Program-made: the position numbers and the translations under genes
Source of the DNA: Gammaproteobacteria bacterium
GTDB lineage: Bacteria > Pseudomonadota > Gammaproteobacteria > JBCCGL01
Direction: 5' to 3'
Length of the DNA: 64,000 nucleotides
Assembly: GCA_965277715.1 (NCBI GenBank)
Contig: OZ255836.1
Coordinates: 3,808,001 to 3,872,000 of the forward strand
Shown: in pieces, positions 29,671 to 40,296 of the stretch
Position numbering within the stretch: position 1 is the first letter of the stretch
How the letters are laid out: each line of letters begins with the position of its first letter
Notes under the pieces: model-generated
What the model was told of the DNA's origin: nothing
Databases searched by the model: none
What the model saw: the letters and a program-made list of their open reading frames with translations, nothing else

Positions 29671-30831
29671 CTATTGGCCGCGTGACAAATAACGCCCGCG
29701 CACAATCAAACCTATCACCAGCAAGGCATAAATCAACGCCAGATACACCGGTAACCCGTGCGGGCCAAATAAATTCATCGACCACCCCCCGGAGACCGAG
29801 CCGAGCAAGGCACCGCTGCCCCACATCACCGCAAAGGCCGCCGAACCGTTAACCAACTCCTGACCCTGAAAGCGATCACCCAACGAAATCAGGGAGACGG
29901 TATACACGCCATACCCCGTCGCCCCGACCACGACCAGTACCGGCCACATCCATAACGTCGCCATCACCGATGGCAGCACCAGCAAGCCGATTACCGTGAC
30001 CATTGCACAGCCCGCCAGCACCAACCGATGCGGAAACCTATCCGCCAGCCAGCCAATTGGAAACTGCAAAACAATATTGCCGATAATCAACGCGGTTAGC
30101 GCGGTGGCAGCGATACTCAGTGAAAGCCCGTTTTGGATACCGTAAACCGGTAGCAGCGCCAGCGTGCCGGCATCGAAAATGGCGAAAGCACCCACTGCGA
30201 TTAACAACATGGGTGCTTTGGGGGCGAACTGGAAAATACCGTCAGTTTTGGTTTCTTCGGGTTGCTCGGTGTGCGCTTCGCGTACAAAACTCAGCGGGAT
30301 AACCCCAATCAGAATGACCACCGCACCGAGCACAAAAGGTGTCCAGCCCTCGATACCAAGCCAACCGACAATCGCCGGTCCGGCGCCAAAGCTGGCGGAG
30401 AGCACGCTGGCGTAAATTGCCACCACCTTGCCACGGTGCTCGCTACCAGCGAAACCGACAATCCACGCCTCGCTGAGCACAAACAGCGTCGATATCGACA
30501 TTCCCTGTAGCAAACGAATCACAAACCACGCCTCTAACGTATCAAACAGCTTGTAAGAGAGAATAAACCCGGCAGTCGCCACGGCAGCGACGATGGCCAG
30601 ATTGCGCGAGCCAAAGCGCTTTGACAATACGGGGATAATCGATGAAAACAGCAGAATACCAATTGGCATCATCGCCGAGTTCACCCCGATCATATTGGTC
30701 GACACACCGCGTGATTCGAGAATCAGTGACAGCAGCGGGTAGGTCATACCAAATGCCAGGCCAAATACCGTAATCGCCGAGCAGGCGGCGATCAGGTTGC
30801 GGATATTAGAGAGAGTATTGTTTTTTTGCAT
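29671..30831 (-). CDS. MFS transporter (YcaD-like)
   Basis: About 12 TM segments, SEAWI, QFPIGWLADRF; start re-set to MQKNN. Confidence 0.9.
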   Translation of the reverse strand: MQKNNTLSNIRNLIAACSAITVFGLAFGMTYPLLSLILESRGVSTNMIGVNSAMMPIGILLFSSIIPVLSKRFGSRNLAIVAAVATAGFILSYKLFDTLEAWFVIRLLQGMSISTLFVLSEAWIVGFAGSEHRGKVVAIYASVLSASFGAGPAIVGWLGIEGWTPFVLGAVVILIGVIPLSFVREAHTEQPEETKTDGIFQFAPKAPMLLIAVGAFAIFDAGTLALLPVYGIQNGLSLSIAATALTALIIGNIVLQFPIGWLADRFPHRLVLAGCAMVTVIGLLVLPSVMATLWMWPVLVVVGATGYGVYTVSLISLGDRFQGQELVNGSAAFAVMWGSGALLGSVSGGWSMNLFGPHGLPVYLALIYALLVIGLIVRGRYLSRGQ

Positions 30832-30856
30832 GATAATGGCCCTTCGCGCACATTGA

Positions 30857-30903
30857 GAGAATGTCGGAAAACTATTCGGTTCGCAATGTTTTCTGATGTT
30901 CTT
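30857..30903. repeat. Short inverted-repeat element, family C
   Basis: GAGAATGTCGGAAAAC...GTTTTCTGATGTTCTT; related to 33899-33943. Confidence 0.6.
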
Positions 30904-30944
30904 TTGAATCAGAGTAGACAGCGTCAGCAGCGCGATGCCCAACT

Positions 30945-31079
30945 ATCGGCAAAAATTAATTCACTGAAAATGCCTTCTACCTTCCCCTCGTCAATAGCAT
31001 TAAATATCTGTCGTGAAAGTGGCTCAAACTCAATATTTTTCTCAAAGGCATAAACAAAAATATTAGTGTCAGGATAACA
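30945..31079 (-). pseudogene. PIN-domain (VapC-like) toxin N-terminal remnant
   Basis: Hand translation CYPDTNIFVYAFEKNIEFEPLSRQIFNAIDEGKVEGIFSELIFA: DTN first PIN motif and the S-E motif region; no start codon, truncated. Confidence 0.65.
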
Positions 31080-31087
31080 AAACCAGC

Positions 31088-31123
31088 CCAGATCCCATGT
31101 ATTGACTAATACATGGGATCTGG
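31088..31123. repeat. Perfect 16-bp palindrome, family B
   Basis: CCAGATCCCATGTATT-GACT-AATACATGGGATCTGG; shares CATGTATTGACT and AATACATGGG with 29602-29636. Confidence 0.85.
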
Positions 31124-31206
31124 TAGAAATTTATGTTTTGTAGTATTCAGCCCAATGCCTTTTTCATTAAGGTTGGGCAAATCAATCAGCTTGAACTGAA
31201 TAGTCA

Positions 31207-32007
31207 CTATGTTTTATATGCAGGTTCACGTGTATCCAGCATACGTATCAGCGACGCCCATGAGCGGGTGACATAATCGCCCGGAGCGTCTTTGGGTGGC
31301 TTTCCATAGTCCGCCAGTTGTTTGATTACTGGTGGTTCAGGGGTGACAATTTTAGCCCCGGAGCCCATCACATCCACCTGTACCTTGCAGGCATTCTCAA
31401 GTGTATAAAGGTAGTAAAAAGCCTCGGCGACGGTTCTGCCCGCCGCTAATAAGCCGTGGTTGTGCATAACCATCAACCACTTGTCTGTGTCGTTAATATC
31501 TTCACCAATACGACGACACTCTTCCTCGTTGTCGGTGGCGATGGCGTAATCGTGGTAACTCACTAAATCGCGCACTTCATTGGCTTGCTGGGTAATCGGT
31601 AGCACACCGCAATCCATGCACGCCACCGCCATACCGGCACGCGTATGGCTGTGCAGCACGGTGTTGACATCGGGCCGCGCCTTGAGTACAGCGGTGTGGA
31701 TAGCGTGTCCGGCATCGTTAACCGGGTAGTCACCGGCGATCACATTGCCCTCGAAATCCACCTTGATCAGGCTTGAGGCGGTGATTTCGTGAAACAGCAT
31801 GCCGTAGGGGTTGATTAGGTAGTGATCGTCGTGCCCCGGCACCCGTGCACTGAGGTGGGTGAAGATCAAGTCGGTCCAACCGTAGTGCACAAACAGGCGA
31901 TAACAGGCGGCGAGGTCGACGCGGGTTTGCCATTCGGTCGCGCTGATGGAGGGGGGTGCCAGATTGGGGGCCGGGTTGGAGACCAGGCTGGAGACAGGCG
32001 TTGCCAT
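31207..32007 (-). CDS. Class II aldolase/adducin family protein
   Basis: RVDLAACYRL, THLSARVPG, IHTAV..ARPD..LHSHT, NHG. Confidence 0.93.
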   Translation of the reverse strand: MATPVSSLVSNPAPNLAPPSISATEWQTRVDLAACYRLFVHYGWTDLIFTHLSARVPGHDDHYLINPYGMLFHEITASSLIKVDFEGNVIAGDYPVNDAGHAIHTAVLKARPDVNTVLHSHTRAGMAVACMDCGVLPITQQANEVRDLVSYHDYAIATDNEEECRRIGEDINDTDKWLMVMHNHGLLAAGRTVAEAFYYLYTLENACKVQVDVMGSGAKIVTPEPPVIKQLADYGKPPKDAPGDYVTRSWASLIRMLDTREPAYKT

Positions 32008-32253
32008 AAACGCACCTCTGATGTTTGAATGGTATTAGGGCTCTCGCCGTTGAAGATCCTATCGGCGGATACGTTGAATGGCAAGATGAATTGCGCTATT
32101 TCCCCAATAGGCAGGTAAAAGGTCAAATGAAATTTGACATTCAGCAGGGCTTGGTTAAGTATCATCCGGGCTGAAATTCAGGCACTGATGTGCTGACGTG
32201 GCTTTTATCCATGTGTTTTACGTGGGTAAATTATTAAAACGACTATGTAATCC

Positions 32254-33867
32254 ATGAGGAACAAAAGAATGTCAGATTATGAAATTGAAAAATTACAGAA
32301 ACGTGTGACCAACGGCGGCATGAATCGCCGCGAATTTTTACAGGCTGCTACGGCAATGGGTTTTGCCGCCGCTGCCCCTGCACTTTACACCCAGGCCGCC
32401 TACGCCACACCCAAGCGCGGTGGCACTTTGCGCCTCGGTCTGGGCGGCGCCAATACAGCCGATTCGCTGGATCCGGAAAACAACGGCGACACCTTTATGA
32501 TCAATATGAACCAGGGCGCTGTGCGCAATGCCCTGGTTGAAGTCAACGCCGACGGCCAAGCGATTCCCGAGTTGGCCGAAAGCCTGGAGCCTTCTGCCGA
32601 TGCCAAGACCTGGGTGGTCAAGCTGCGCAAAGGTGTCGAATTTCACAGCGGTAAAACCCTGAACGCCGATGATGTGATCGCATCGATCGAGCACCATCGC
32701 GGTGAGGCATCAACCTCTGCGGCCAAGTCGGTTGCCGAGTCGATGGGTAAGATGCGCAAAGATGGCGCCGATACTGTTGTATTCGAGCTTGATGGGGGTA
32801 ATGCTGACTTCCCTTACCTGCTCAGTGACTACCATATCCTGATTGGCCCTGTTGATAAATCGGGCAAGGTCGACTGGCTGTCAGGTGATGCCACCGGCCC
32901 TTATAGCGTTAAGGAATTTGAGCCGGCGGTACGTGCGCACCTGGTGCGCAACCCCAACTACTGGAAAGAGGGTGAAGGTCATTTCGACGAAGTTAAAATG
33001 ACTGCGATCAACGATACCGCCGCCCGTATGAACGCAATGGCGACCGGCCAGGTTGATGCCATTGCCCGCTGTGACCTGAAAACTGCCAGCCTGCTGGAAA
33101 AGAAACCCGGTATCAGTGTATTGCAAACGGCGGGTACCAAACACTTCACCTACCCAATGGATATGCGCAACGCGCCGTTTAATGACAACAATATCCGCAT
33201 GGCGCTGAAACACGGTATTGACCGTGAAATATTCGTCAACACCGTGCTGCGCGGTTATGGCTCGCTGGGTAACGACCACCCGATTGGTGCTTCACAAAAT
33301 TATCACGCCGGTGATTTGCCGCAGCGCGGATACGACCCTGAAAAAGCTAAGTGGTATCTCAAACAGGCGGGCCTCAGCGCATTGGATGTGGAAATTGCTG
33401 CCTCTGATGCCGCGTTTAGTGGCGCCGTTGATGCAACGCAACTGTACGCCGAATCGCTGCGTCCCGCCGGTGTCAATCTGACCGTTAAACGTGCCTCGCC
33501 CGATGGTTATTGGGACAATGTGTGGATGAAAGTGCCGTGGAGCGCCTGTTACTGGTCTGGTCGCCCAACGGCTGACTGGATGTTTACCATTGGCTATAAA
33601 GCCGGTGGTAACTGGACAGACACCTACTGGAATCACCCCCGCTTTGAACAACTGCTGTTAGCTGGTCGCGCCGAGCTGGACGATGCCAAGCGCAATGAGA
33701 TTTATGTGGAAATGCAAACCATCGTACACAACGAAGGCGGTGTTGTCGTACCGTGCTTTGCCAACAATGTCGATGCGGCTTCCGATAAACTCGGTCGCCC
33801 GGCGAAGATGGCCGGCAACTGGGAACTGGACGGCGCTCGCGCCTGCGCCCGCTGGTGGTTTGTATAA
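32254..33867 (+). CDS. ABC transporter substrate-binding protein (family 5), Tat-exported
   Basis: NRREFL twin-arginine signal, PELAES, LRKGVEFHSGK, GTKHF..PM, GNDHPI. Confidence 0.92.
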   Translation: MRNKRMSDYEIEKLQKRVTNGGMNRREFLQAATAMGFAAAAPALYTQAAYATPKRGGTLRLGLGGANTADSLDPENNGDTFMINMNQGAVRNALVEVNADGQAIPELAESLEPSADAKTWVVKLRKGVEFHSGKTLNADDVIASIEHHRGEASTSAAKSVAESMGKMRKDGADTVVFELDGGNADFPYLLSDYHILIGPVDKSGKVDWLSGDATGPYSVKEFEPAVRAHLVRNPNYWKEGEGHFDEVKMTAINDTAARMNAMATGQVDAIARCDLKTASLLEKKPGISVLQTAGTKHFTYPMDMRNAPFNDNNIRMALKHGIDREIFVNTVLRGYGSLGNDHPIGASQNYHAGDLPQRGYDPEKAKWYLKQAGLSALDVEIAASDAAFSGAVDATQLYAESLRPAGVNLTVKRASPDGYWDNVWMKVPWSACYWSGRPTADWMFTIGYKAGGNWTDTYWNHPRFEQLLLAGRAELDDAKRNEIYVEMQTIVHNEGGVVVPCFANNVDAASDKLGRPAKMAGNWELDGARACARWWFV

Positions 33868-33898
33868 CACGCGTGTATAGCGTACTTTAGTGCGTTAG

Positions 33899-33943
33899 AG
33901 GGTGTCGGAAAACATTACAAGCGCAGTGGTTTTCCGATACCCT
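33899..33943. repeat. Short inverted-repeat element, family C
   Basis: AGGGTGTCGGAAAAC-N15-GTTTTCCGATACCCT (14 of 15 paired). Confidence 0.7.
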
Positions 33944-33956
33944 TGTTACTTACAGG

Positions 33957-33990
33957 TGGCCGGGGCGGCAATTACCCCGGCTGCTTTTTT
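33957..33990 (+). terminator. Rho-independent terminator/attenuator after the SBP gene
   Basis: GCCGGGG..CCCCGGC stem followed by TGCTTTTTT. Confidence 0.7.
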
Positions 33991-34025
33991 GTTATAAAGA
34001 GCGGTAAATACCTGTCTATATCACC

Positions 34026-34985
34026 ATGAATAATATACTGACCATAATGATTCTAAAGCGCCTGGGGCTGGGTTTGTTTACCTTGTTCGGCGTGTCTGTA
34101 CTGATCACCTTGGGTGTCGAGGCCTTATCTGGCGATATATGCACAGCCGTGCTGGGGCAGATGGCAGACGAATCCACTATCGCCGCCTGCCATATTCAGT
34201 TAAACCTGGACAGGCCCATACACACACGCTATATCGAATGGCTATTTAATTTTATGCAGGGGGATATGGGTATATCTCTCGGCAATTTGCGCCCGGTCGC
34301 TGACCTGGTGGGCAGCCGTATGGGCAATACCCTCTACCTGGCTGGGCTGACCTCGCTGATAGCCGTGCCGCTGGGGGTTATGCTCGGTGTCATCGCCGCG
34401 CTGTACCGCAACACACCCATCGACCACACCATATCCACCAGCACGCTGACCACCATCTCTTCACCTGAGTTCTTTGTCGGTTACATTCTGATGGCGATTT
34501 TTGCGGTGAGCAATAACTGGCTACCCGCCATTTCCAATGTGGAAAGCTCCATGAGCCTGCTCGAACGGCTCAAGGTGTCGGCGCTGCCCGTGATGACACT
34601 GACGCTGGTCTCGGTGGCACACATGATGCGCATGACACGCGCTTCCATCGTCAACCTGTTGGCCAGCCCCTATATCGAGATGGCGAAACTCAAAGGCATT
34701 AAGCCGAGCCGGATTATTGTCAAACACGCACTACCCAATGCCTGGTCACCGATTATTCAGGTGATTGTTTTAAATCTGGCTTATCTGATTGTCGGCGTCG
34801 TGGTCATTGAAGTGGTGTTTGTCTACCCCGGTCTGGGTTCGCTAATTGTCGATGCCGTCCTGTTGCGTGATATGCCTATCGTACAGGGCACGGCAATGAT
34901 CTTTGCCGCAGCCTACGTATTACTATTTTTGCTCGCCGATATATTATCGATGCTGGCCAATCCCCGTCTACGGCATAGGAGGTAA
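34026..34985 (+). CDS. ABC transporter permease (DppB/OppB-like)
   Basis: RMTRASIVNLLASPYIEMAKLKG (EAA loop), KHALPNA, FVYPGLG. Confidence 0.92.
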   Translation: MNNILTIMILKRLGLGLFTLFGVSVLITLGVEALSGDICTAVLGQMADESTIAACHIQLNLDRPIHTRYIEWLFNFMQGDMGISLGNLRPVADLVGSRMGNTLYLAGLTSLIAVPLGVMLGVIAALYRNTPIDHTISTSTLTTISSPEFFVGYILMAIFAVSNNWLPAISNVESSMSLLERLKVSALPVMTLTLVSVAHMMRMTRASIVNLLASPYIEMAKLKGIKPSRIIVKHALPNAWSPIIQVIVLNLAYLIVGVVVIEVVFVYPGLGSLIVDAVLLRDMPIVQGTAMIFAAAYVLLFLLADILSMLANPRLRHRR

Positions 34986-34991
34986 TTCGGT

Positions 34992-35822
34992 ATGTCCTTT
35001 ACTGCATTTTGGCATGACCTCAACTGGAGTGCCCGCATCGGCTTGTTTATCGTCTTGTTTTTTGCCTTTTGTGCCTTGTTTGCCCAGTGGCTGGCCCCGT
35101 ATGGGGAGAGCCAGATTGTCGGTGATGTATGGGAGCCAATTGGCGGTGAATTTATTTTCGGCACCGACCAAATAGGCCGCGATTTACTGTCCCGCTTGAT
35201 TTACGGGGCGCGCAACACCATTGCACTGGCGTTGTTATCCACCACTGTCTCCTTTCTTACCGGCACGGTATTAGGTTTTATTGCCGCGACAATGGGCGGT
35301 AATGCCGATCAGATATTAAGCCGCCTGGTGGATATTTGTATTTCCATTCCCACACTGATCTGCGCGCTGATCGTTTTATTTGCACTCGGCACGGATACAC
35401 TGACGCTGATACTGGTGATTGGTTTTATCTACGCTATGCCCGTCTTTCGTATCGCCCGCGCTGTCGCCATGGATGTGGAGGTGATGGACTACGTCGAAGT
35501 GGCACGCCTGCGCGGTGAAGGGCTGTGGTGGATTATGCGCCGGGAAATCCTGCCCAATGCATTAACACCACTGGCCGCTGAATTTGGTCTGCGCTTCTGC
35601 TTTGTATTTTTGTTGATTTCCAGCTTGAGCTTTCTCGGCCTCGGTCTACAACCGCCACTGGCAGACTGGGGTGCAATGGTGCGCGGCAACGCCGATGGCA
35701 TTGCCTGGGGGTTCTACCACCCACTGATCCCCGCCGGGTGTATCGCCGCGCTGACGATTGGTATCAATCTGTTGATCGACCGTTGGGTACACAAAGCCAG
35801 TGGGCTGAGAGACGACCAGTAG
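34992..35822 (+). CDS. ABC transporter permease (DppC/OppC-like)
   Basis: FGTDQIGRDLLSRLIYGAR, DYVEVARLRGE, LSFLGLGLQPP. Confidence 0.92.
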   Translation: MSFTAFWHDLNWSARIGLFIVLFFAFCALFAQWLAPYGESQIVGDVWEPIGGEFIFGTDQIGRDLLSRLIYGARNTIALALLSTTVSFLTGTVLGFIAATMGGNADQILSRLVDICISIPTLICALIVLFALGTDTLTLILVIGFIYAMPVFRIARAVAMDVEVMDYVEVARLRGEGLWWIMRREILPNALTPLAAEFGLRFCFVFLLISSLSFLGLGLQPPLADWGAMVRGNADGIAWGFYHPLIPAGCIAALTIGINLLIDRWVHKASGLRDDQ

Positions 35823-35851
35823 GTTATAGGCCAATAGGCACAAGGCATAAT

Positions 35852-37507
35852 ATGAGCGAAAAATTACTTGAAATAAAAGACCTGCTGATCGAAGCGGATA
35901 TCGATGGCGACTGGAAACCGATTGTCAACAGCCTGTCGATGACGCTGGAGCGCGGTGAGATTATCGGTTTAATCGGTGAATCGGGAGCGGGTAAATCCAC
36001 CTTCGGTCTGACTGCATTGGGTTATACCAAGCCGGGGTGTCGAATCGTTTCCGGTTCCATCCTGCTCGATGGCGTTGAGCTGGTAGGCAAACCCAACGCC
36101 GAGCTGCGCACTGTCCGGGGTAACAAAGTCGCCTATGTGGCGCAGAGTGCCGCCGCTTCGTTTAACCCTGCCCACACACTGTTTGAGCAGTTCGCCGAAT
36201 CCCCCGTACAACACGGCAAAATGAAAATGGCGGATGCGCGTAAGCGCAGCATCGAGCTGTTTCGCCAGCTCGACCTGCCGGATGCCGAACACATTGGCGA
36301 TCGCTACCCACACCAGGTGTCCGGTGGGCAGTTACAGCGTGCGATGACCGCGATGGCGCTGGGCTCAAACCCGGATATCATTATCTTCGACGAGCCGACC
36401 ACGGCGCTTGATGTCACCACTCAAATCGAAGTGCTGGGCGCTATCAAAGAGGCCGTCAAGGCGCGCAATGTGGCGGCAATCTACATCACCCACGACCTCG
36501 CCGTCGTCGCACAAATGGCCGACCGCATTATGGTACTGCGCTACGGTGATCTGGTCGAAGAGGGTAACGCACGGGATATGCTCGCCAACCCAAAACAGGA
36601 CTACACCCGTAAGTTACTTAACGTGCGCTCGCAGCGCGATGCGAGAACCGACCACGATGAAGCCGATATCCAACTCTCGGTCGAAAACATCACCGCCCGC
36701 TATCCGGGCACCGGCAGTGACGTATTGAGCGATATCAATATCAACCTGGTCAAGGGCAAGACGGTTGCCGTAGTCGGTGAGTCAGGCAGTGGTAAAAGCA
36801 CCCTGGCGCGTGTTATTACCGGCCTGTTACCGCCCAGCCAGGGTGTGGTGAAATTCCACGGGCGCACCTTAACCCCCTCCCTGAAAACCCGGCCAAAGCA
36901 GGATTTACAGTCGATCCAAATGATCTACCAAATGGCCGATGTGGCGATGAACCCCCGGCATAAAATCAAAGAGATCATTGGTCGTCCGCTGGAGTTTTAC
37001 CTCGGTATCACCGGTAGGGAACGCGATCAGCGCGTGCTCGAACTGCTGCACCAGATCGAGATTCCCGAAGACTACGCCGAGCGTTACCCATCGCAATTGT
37101 CTGGCGGAGAAAAACAACGCATCTGTATTGCCCGGGCACTGGCGGCAGAGCCGGAGCTGATTATCTGTGATGAAGTGACCTCGGCGCTGGATCAATTGGT
37201 CGCTGAAGGTATTCTCGATTTGCTGCTCAACCTGCAAAAAGAACTCAACGTCTCCTACCTTTTTATCACCCACGACCTGGCCACCGTTAAGGCCATTGCC
37301 GATGAAATTGTGGTGATGTACCAGGGAGGCGTCGTCGAACAGGGCAATAAGACTGACATACTGGCGCCGCCCTGGGCGCCTTACACTGAGCTGTTGTTGT
37401 CCTCAGTGCCGGAAATGGATCCCGATTGGTTGGATGATCTGGTTGACCGGCGCAAGCGGGGCGAGGCACCGACGGCAGAGAGTATGGCTACTGCGTATAA
37501 CCGGTAG
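35852..37507 (+). CDS. ABC transporter ATP-binding protein, fused double ATPase (DppD-F)
   Basis: Two Walker A motifs ([16 protein letters not shown]), SGGQ/SGGE signatures; start re-set. Confidence 0.93.
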   Translation: MSEKLLEIKDLLIEADIDGDWKPIVNSLSMTLERGEIIGLIGESGAGKSTFGLTALGYTKPGCRIVSGSILLDGVELVGKPNAELRTVRGNKVAYVAQSAAASFNPAHTLFEQFAESPVQHGKMKMADARKRSIELFRQLDLPDAEHIGDRYPHQVSGGQLQRAMTAMALGSNPDIIIFDEPTTALDVTTQIEVLGAIKEAVKARNVAAIYITHDLAVVAQMADRIMVLRYGDLVEEGNARDMLANPKQDYTRKLLNVRSQRDARTDHDEADIQLSVENITARYPGTGSDVLSDININLVKGKTVAVVGESGSGKSTLARVITGLLPPSQGVVKFHGRTLTPSLKTRPKQDLQSIQMIYQMADVAMNPRHKIKEIIGRPLEFYLGITGRERDQRVLELLHQIEIPEDYAERYPSQLSGGEKQRICIARALAAEPELIICDEVTSALDQLVAEGILDLLLNLQKELNVSYLFITHDLATVKAIADEIVVMYQGGVVEQGNKTDILAPPWAPYTELLLSSVPEMDPDWLDDLVDRRKRGEAPTAESMATAYNR

Positions 37508-37535
37508 ACTGCCGACCCTTTACAGAGGCGCCTGT

Positions 37536-38465
37536 TCATTTTGGAATAACATCTGGAAACCCCTCCGCCCGCAGTTCGGTGCCGGTGGTCTCCTCCATCA
37601 TCCTGATAACATGCGGTGTCCATGCATCGCCGCCGTATTTGGCGCGTGACTCGATAAACAATTGCTCTACCAGGCCGGTGAGCTTTAGGGGAACATCGAG
37701 GTTTTTTCCAAGTGCGGTAACAAACCCTAAATCCTTTAAACCCAGCTCGGTGGTAAACCCGGTGTTTAATGTCCCGTTTAAAATCACAGGCGCCCAGTCT
37801 TCAAATTCCCGGCTACTGCCAGAGCTGGCGGTAATCGCCTGATAGCACTTGCCCAAATCCAGCCCTCCCCGTTTGGCCAGCATCAAGGCCTCACCCATCG
37901 CCACCAGGTCGACCAGGCAGAGCAAATTGCTAATCACCTTGATCAGCGAGGCGTCGCCAATTTTTCCCATATACACAATATGCCCGCTCATTTTTTCTAG
38001 TAGTGGGCGATGACTATCAAACACCGCTTGTGCGCCGCCAACCAATAGCGTCATTTCACCGCGTGCTGCGCGGTGCACACCCCCGGTGGCGGGGCACTCC
38101 AGGGTTTCAATACCCAACTCACTGGCGAGTGCAGCGAGACGTTTGATCTCCTCTACTTCGGTGGTGCTCATTTCAATCCAGGTGGCACCGGGTTTTAACG
38201 ATGCCAAGGCACCATTATTGTCGTCATTATGACCTGTCATTACGGCGGCAGAGGCAGCGGGCGACGGCAGGCAGGTGATTAATACATCGACCTGGCTGGC
38301 GGTGTCCTGCACGGAAGTGGCCGCTTTGGCACCGGCATTGACGACGTGTTGCATCGCCATTTCGTTTAAATCGTAAACCGTCAGGTCGATAGCGGCGTCG
38401 AGTAAATTTTTGGCCAGCCTGGCGCCGAGAACACCCAGCCCAATAAAACCGTATTTCATATTCAT
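37536..38465 (-). CDS. NAD(P)-dependent oxidoreductase, 3-hydroxyisobutyrate dehydrogenase family
   Basis: GFIGLGVLG, EMST, PATGG, KVISN, KDL. Confidence 0.9.
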   Translation of the reverse strand: MNMKYGFIGLGVLGARLAKNLLDAAIDLTVYDLNEMAMQHVVNAGAKAATSVQDTASQVDVLITCLPSPAASAAVMTGHNDDNNGALASLKPGATWIEMSTTEVEEIKRLAALASELGIETLECPATGGVHRAARGEMTLLVGGAQAVFDSHRPLLEKMSGHIVYMGKIGDASLIKVISNLLCLVDLVAMGEALMLAKRGGLDLGKCYQAITASSGSSREFEDWAPVILNGTLNTGFTTELGLKDLGFVTALGKNLDVPLKLTGLVEQLFIESRAKYGGDAWTPHVIRMMEETTGTELRAEGFPDVIPK

Positions 38466-38531
38466 TACCGTGTCAGGGAGTACAGTGAGGGATCAATATA
38501 AGGCAAACCGCGTGCGTGTGTCAGCATAGCA

Positions 38532-39395
38532 ATGCGCAAAACCAAAAATCCCATTACACTATCGACTGGATCGTTCGTGGTTTTCCCGTTGAAAAAATTA
38601 TTCATTATTGCCCGCTTTGAGCTGGTGAGGCTTTTTTTTACCACACGTGGGTGTATATCGCTGCTGGCCTTCGCCCTGCTGTGGTCAGTATTGCTGCGCT
38701 ATTTGATTTATAACGCGTCCTATTATTTGTTGGACAGGGACACCAGCAACTTGATCGGTGCGTTAATCGGTAATACGGATGTGCAAAACCCACTTGCCTG
38801 GCCGGTGGCGGAAATGACCGTTTTTTGGAGCGTGGCCCTGTACCTGTTTCCGTTTTTTTGTATTGTGTTAACCGCCGATCAAACAGCGTCTGATCGCAGC
38901 CGTGGCACATTGCGCTTGATTAACTTGCGCGCCAACCGGGACACCATTTACTTTGGCCGTTTTCTCGGCCAAATGATTATCCAGGGGTTATTAATCATTG
39001 CTACTGTGGGCAGTGTGCTGGTGTTGGCAGTGTCACGGGACACCAGCCTGCTGGGGGCTGGGTTGTCACTGGCGGTGTTGATTACGGTTAACCTTGTTAT
39101 TGTCCTGCTGCCTTATACCGCACTCATGGCGCTGGTATCGGTTATCGCCAAATCAGCCCGTCAGGCGACTGTCTACGCCATAATCCTGTGGTTGATATTG
39201 CTTATTCTTATCGCCTGGCTGGCGCCCTATTTTCCCGATGTTGGTTTTTTTCAATGGATACTGCCGGGTTCGCAATTTTCTGCACTGTTAGAAAAAGAAG
39301 GCTGGGATATGTTGTCATTGGCACACATACCGCTGATACAGACGGTAGTGTTGTTAGGTGTGGGGCGTTGGCTGATGCAACGGAGTGATTTATGA
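38532..39395 (+). CDS. ABC-2 type exporter permease
   Basis: IARFEL, DRSRGTLRL, multiple TM segments; overlaps the ATPase gene; start uncertain. Confidence 0.85.
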   Translation: MRKTKNPITLSTGSFVVFPLKKLFIIARFELVRLFFTTRGCISLLAFALLWSVLLRYLIYNASYYLLDRDTSNLIGALIGNTDVQNPLAWPVAEMTVFWSVALYLFPFFCIVLTADQTASDRSRGTLRLINLRANRDTIYFGRFLGQMIIQGLLIIATVGSVLVLAVSRDTSLLGAGLSLAVLITVNLVIVLLPYTALMALVSVIAKSARQATVYAIILWLILLILIAWLAPYFPDVGFFQWILPGSQFSALLEKEGWDMLSLAHIPLIQTVVLLGVGRWLMQRSDL

Positions 39396-40288
39396 GTGTG
39401 ATCAGTTGCACCGACCTGGGCAAACGCTATGGCAGTAACGTGGCTCTGGACAGTGTCAATCTCGATTTGCAGGCAGGCGACCCTATCGCCCTGATTGGCC
39501 CAAACGGTGCGGGTAAAACCACCTTAATGAGTTTGTTGTGTGGGTACATTCGCCCTGATAGTGGCCAGGCAACTGTGTTGGGGTTGGCGCCGGGCAGTGC
39601 CGGGTTGAGTGGTCGGCTCAGCGCACTGCCACAGGATGCACAGCTCGACCCACGCTTTTCAGTGGCTCGGCAGTTGCATTTATTTGCCATATTGCAGGGG
39701 CTAAGTGGAGGGGCGGCCAGGCGTGATGTGGATCGGGTGCTCGATTATGTGGGGCTGGCTGATGCTAAACAGCAGAAACCCGCTGAATTGAGCCACGGCA
39801 TGCGTAAGCGCGTTGCTATTGCCCAGGCGCTATTGGGCGCCCCGGAAGTGGTATTGCTGGATGAACCGACTGCCGGGCTCGACCCCGCCAATGTCAAAAT
39901 CATCCGCGATTTAATCGTCTCCTGTTCACAGCGTATGACCTTTATCGTCAGCTCGCACAACCTGGATGAACTGGAAAAGTTGTGCAGTACCGTGGTACAT
40001 CTCGACCAGGGTTGCCTGAAAAATCAGGTCGATATTGGCAGTACAGGTAATGAAGGGTATTTAACCATCAAACTGGGGCAGTCTGATACACAGGATGCGG
40101 CGAAACTACTGTCGACACTCACCGGTGTTATTGATGTACTTCCCAAACAACAGGGGGATATTGTTCTGCAATACGATATTGCCTCGTATCCGACGATGGA
40201 CCAGCAGCTACTCAGGTTTTTGGCGGATAATAATCTGGCGTACAAGCACCTGATTAAGGGGCGTACGCTGGAGGATAGATTGTTTTGA
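39392..40288 (+). CDS. ABC exporter ATP-binding protein
   Basis: GPNGAGKT, LSHGM, LLDEPTAGLDP. Confidence 0.92.
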   Translation: MSVISCTDLGKRYGSNVALDSVNLDLQAGDPIALIGPNGAGKTTLMSLLCGYIRPDSGQATVLGLAPGSAGLSGRLSALPQDAQLDPRFSVARQLHLFAILQGLSGGAARRDVDRVLDYVGLADAKQQKPAELSHGMRKRVAIAQALLGAPEVVLLDEPTAGLDPANVKIIRDLIVSCSQRMTFIVSSHNLDELEKLCSTVVHLDQGCLKNQVDIGSTGNEGYLTIKLGQSDTQDAAKLLSTLTGVIDVLPKQQGDIVLQYDIASYPTMDQQLLRFLADNNLAYKHLIKGRTLEDRLF

Positions 40289-40296
40289 TCTATTTA

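Noticed and set aside
32010-32253. Possible riboswitch upstream of the ABC binding protein
   Set aside because: No recognisable aptamer consensus by eye; an Rfam scan would be needed
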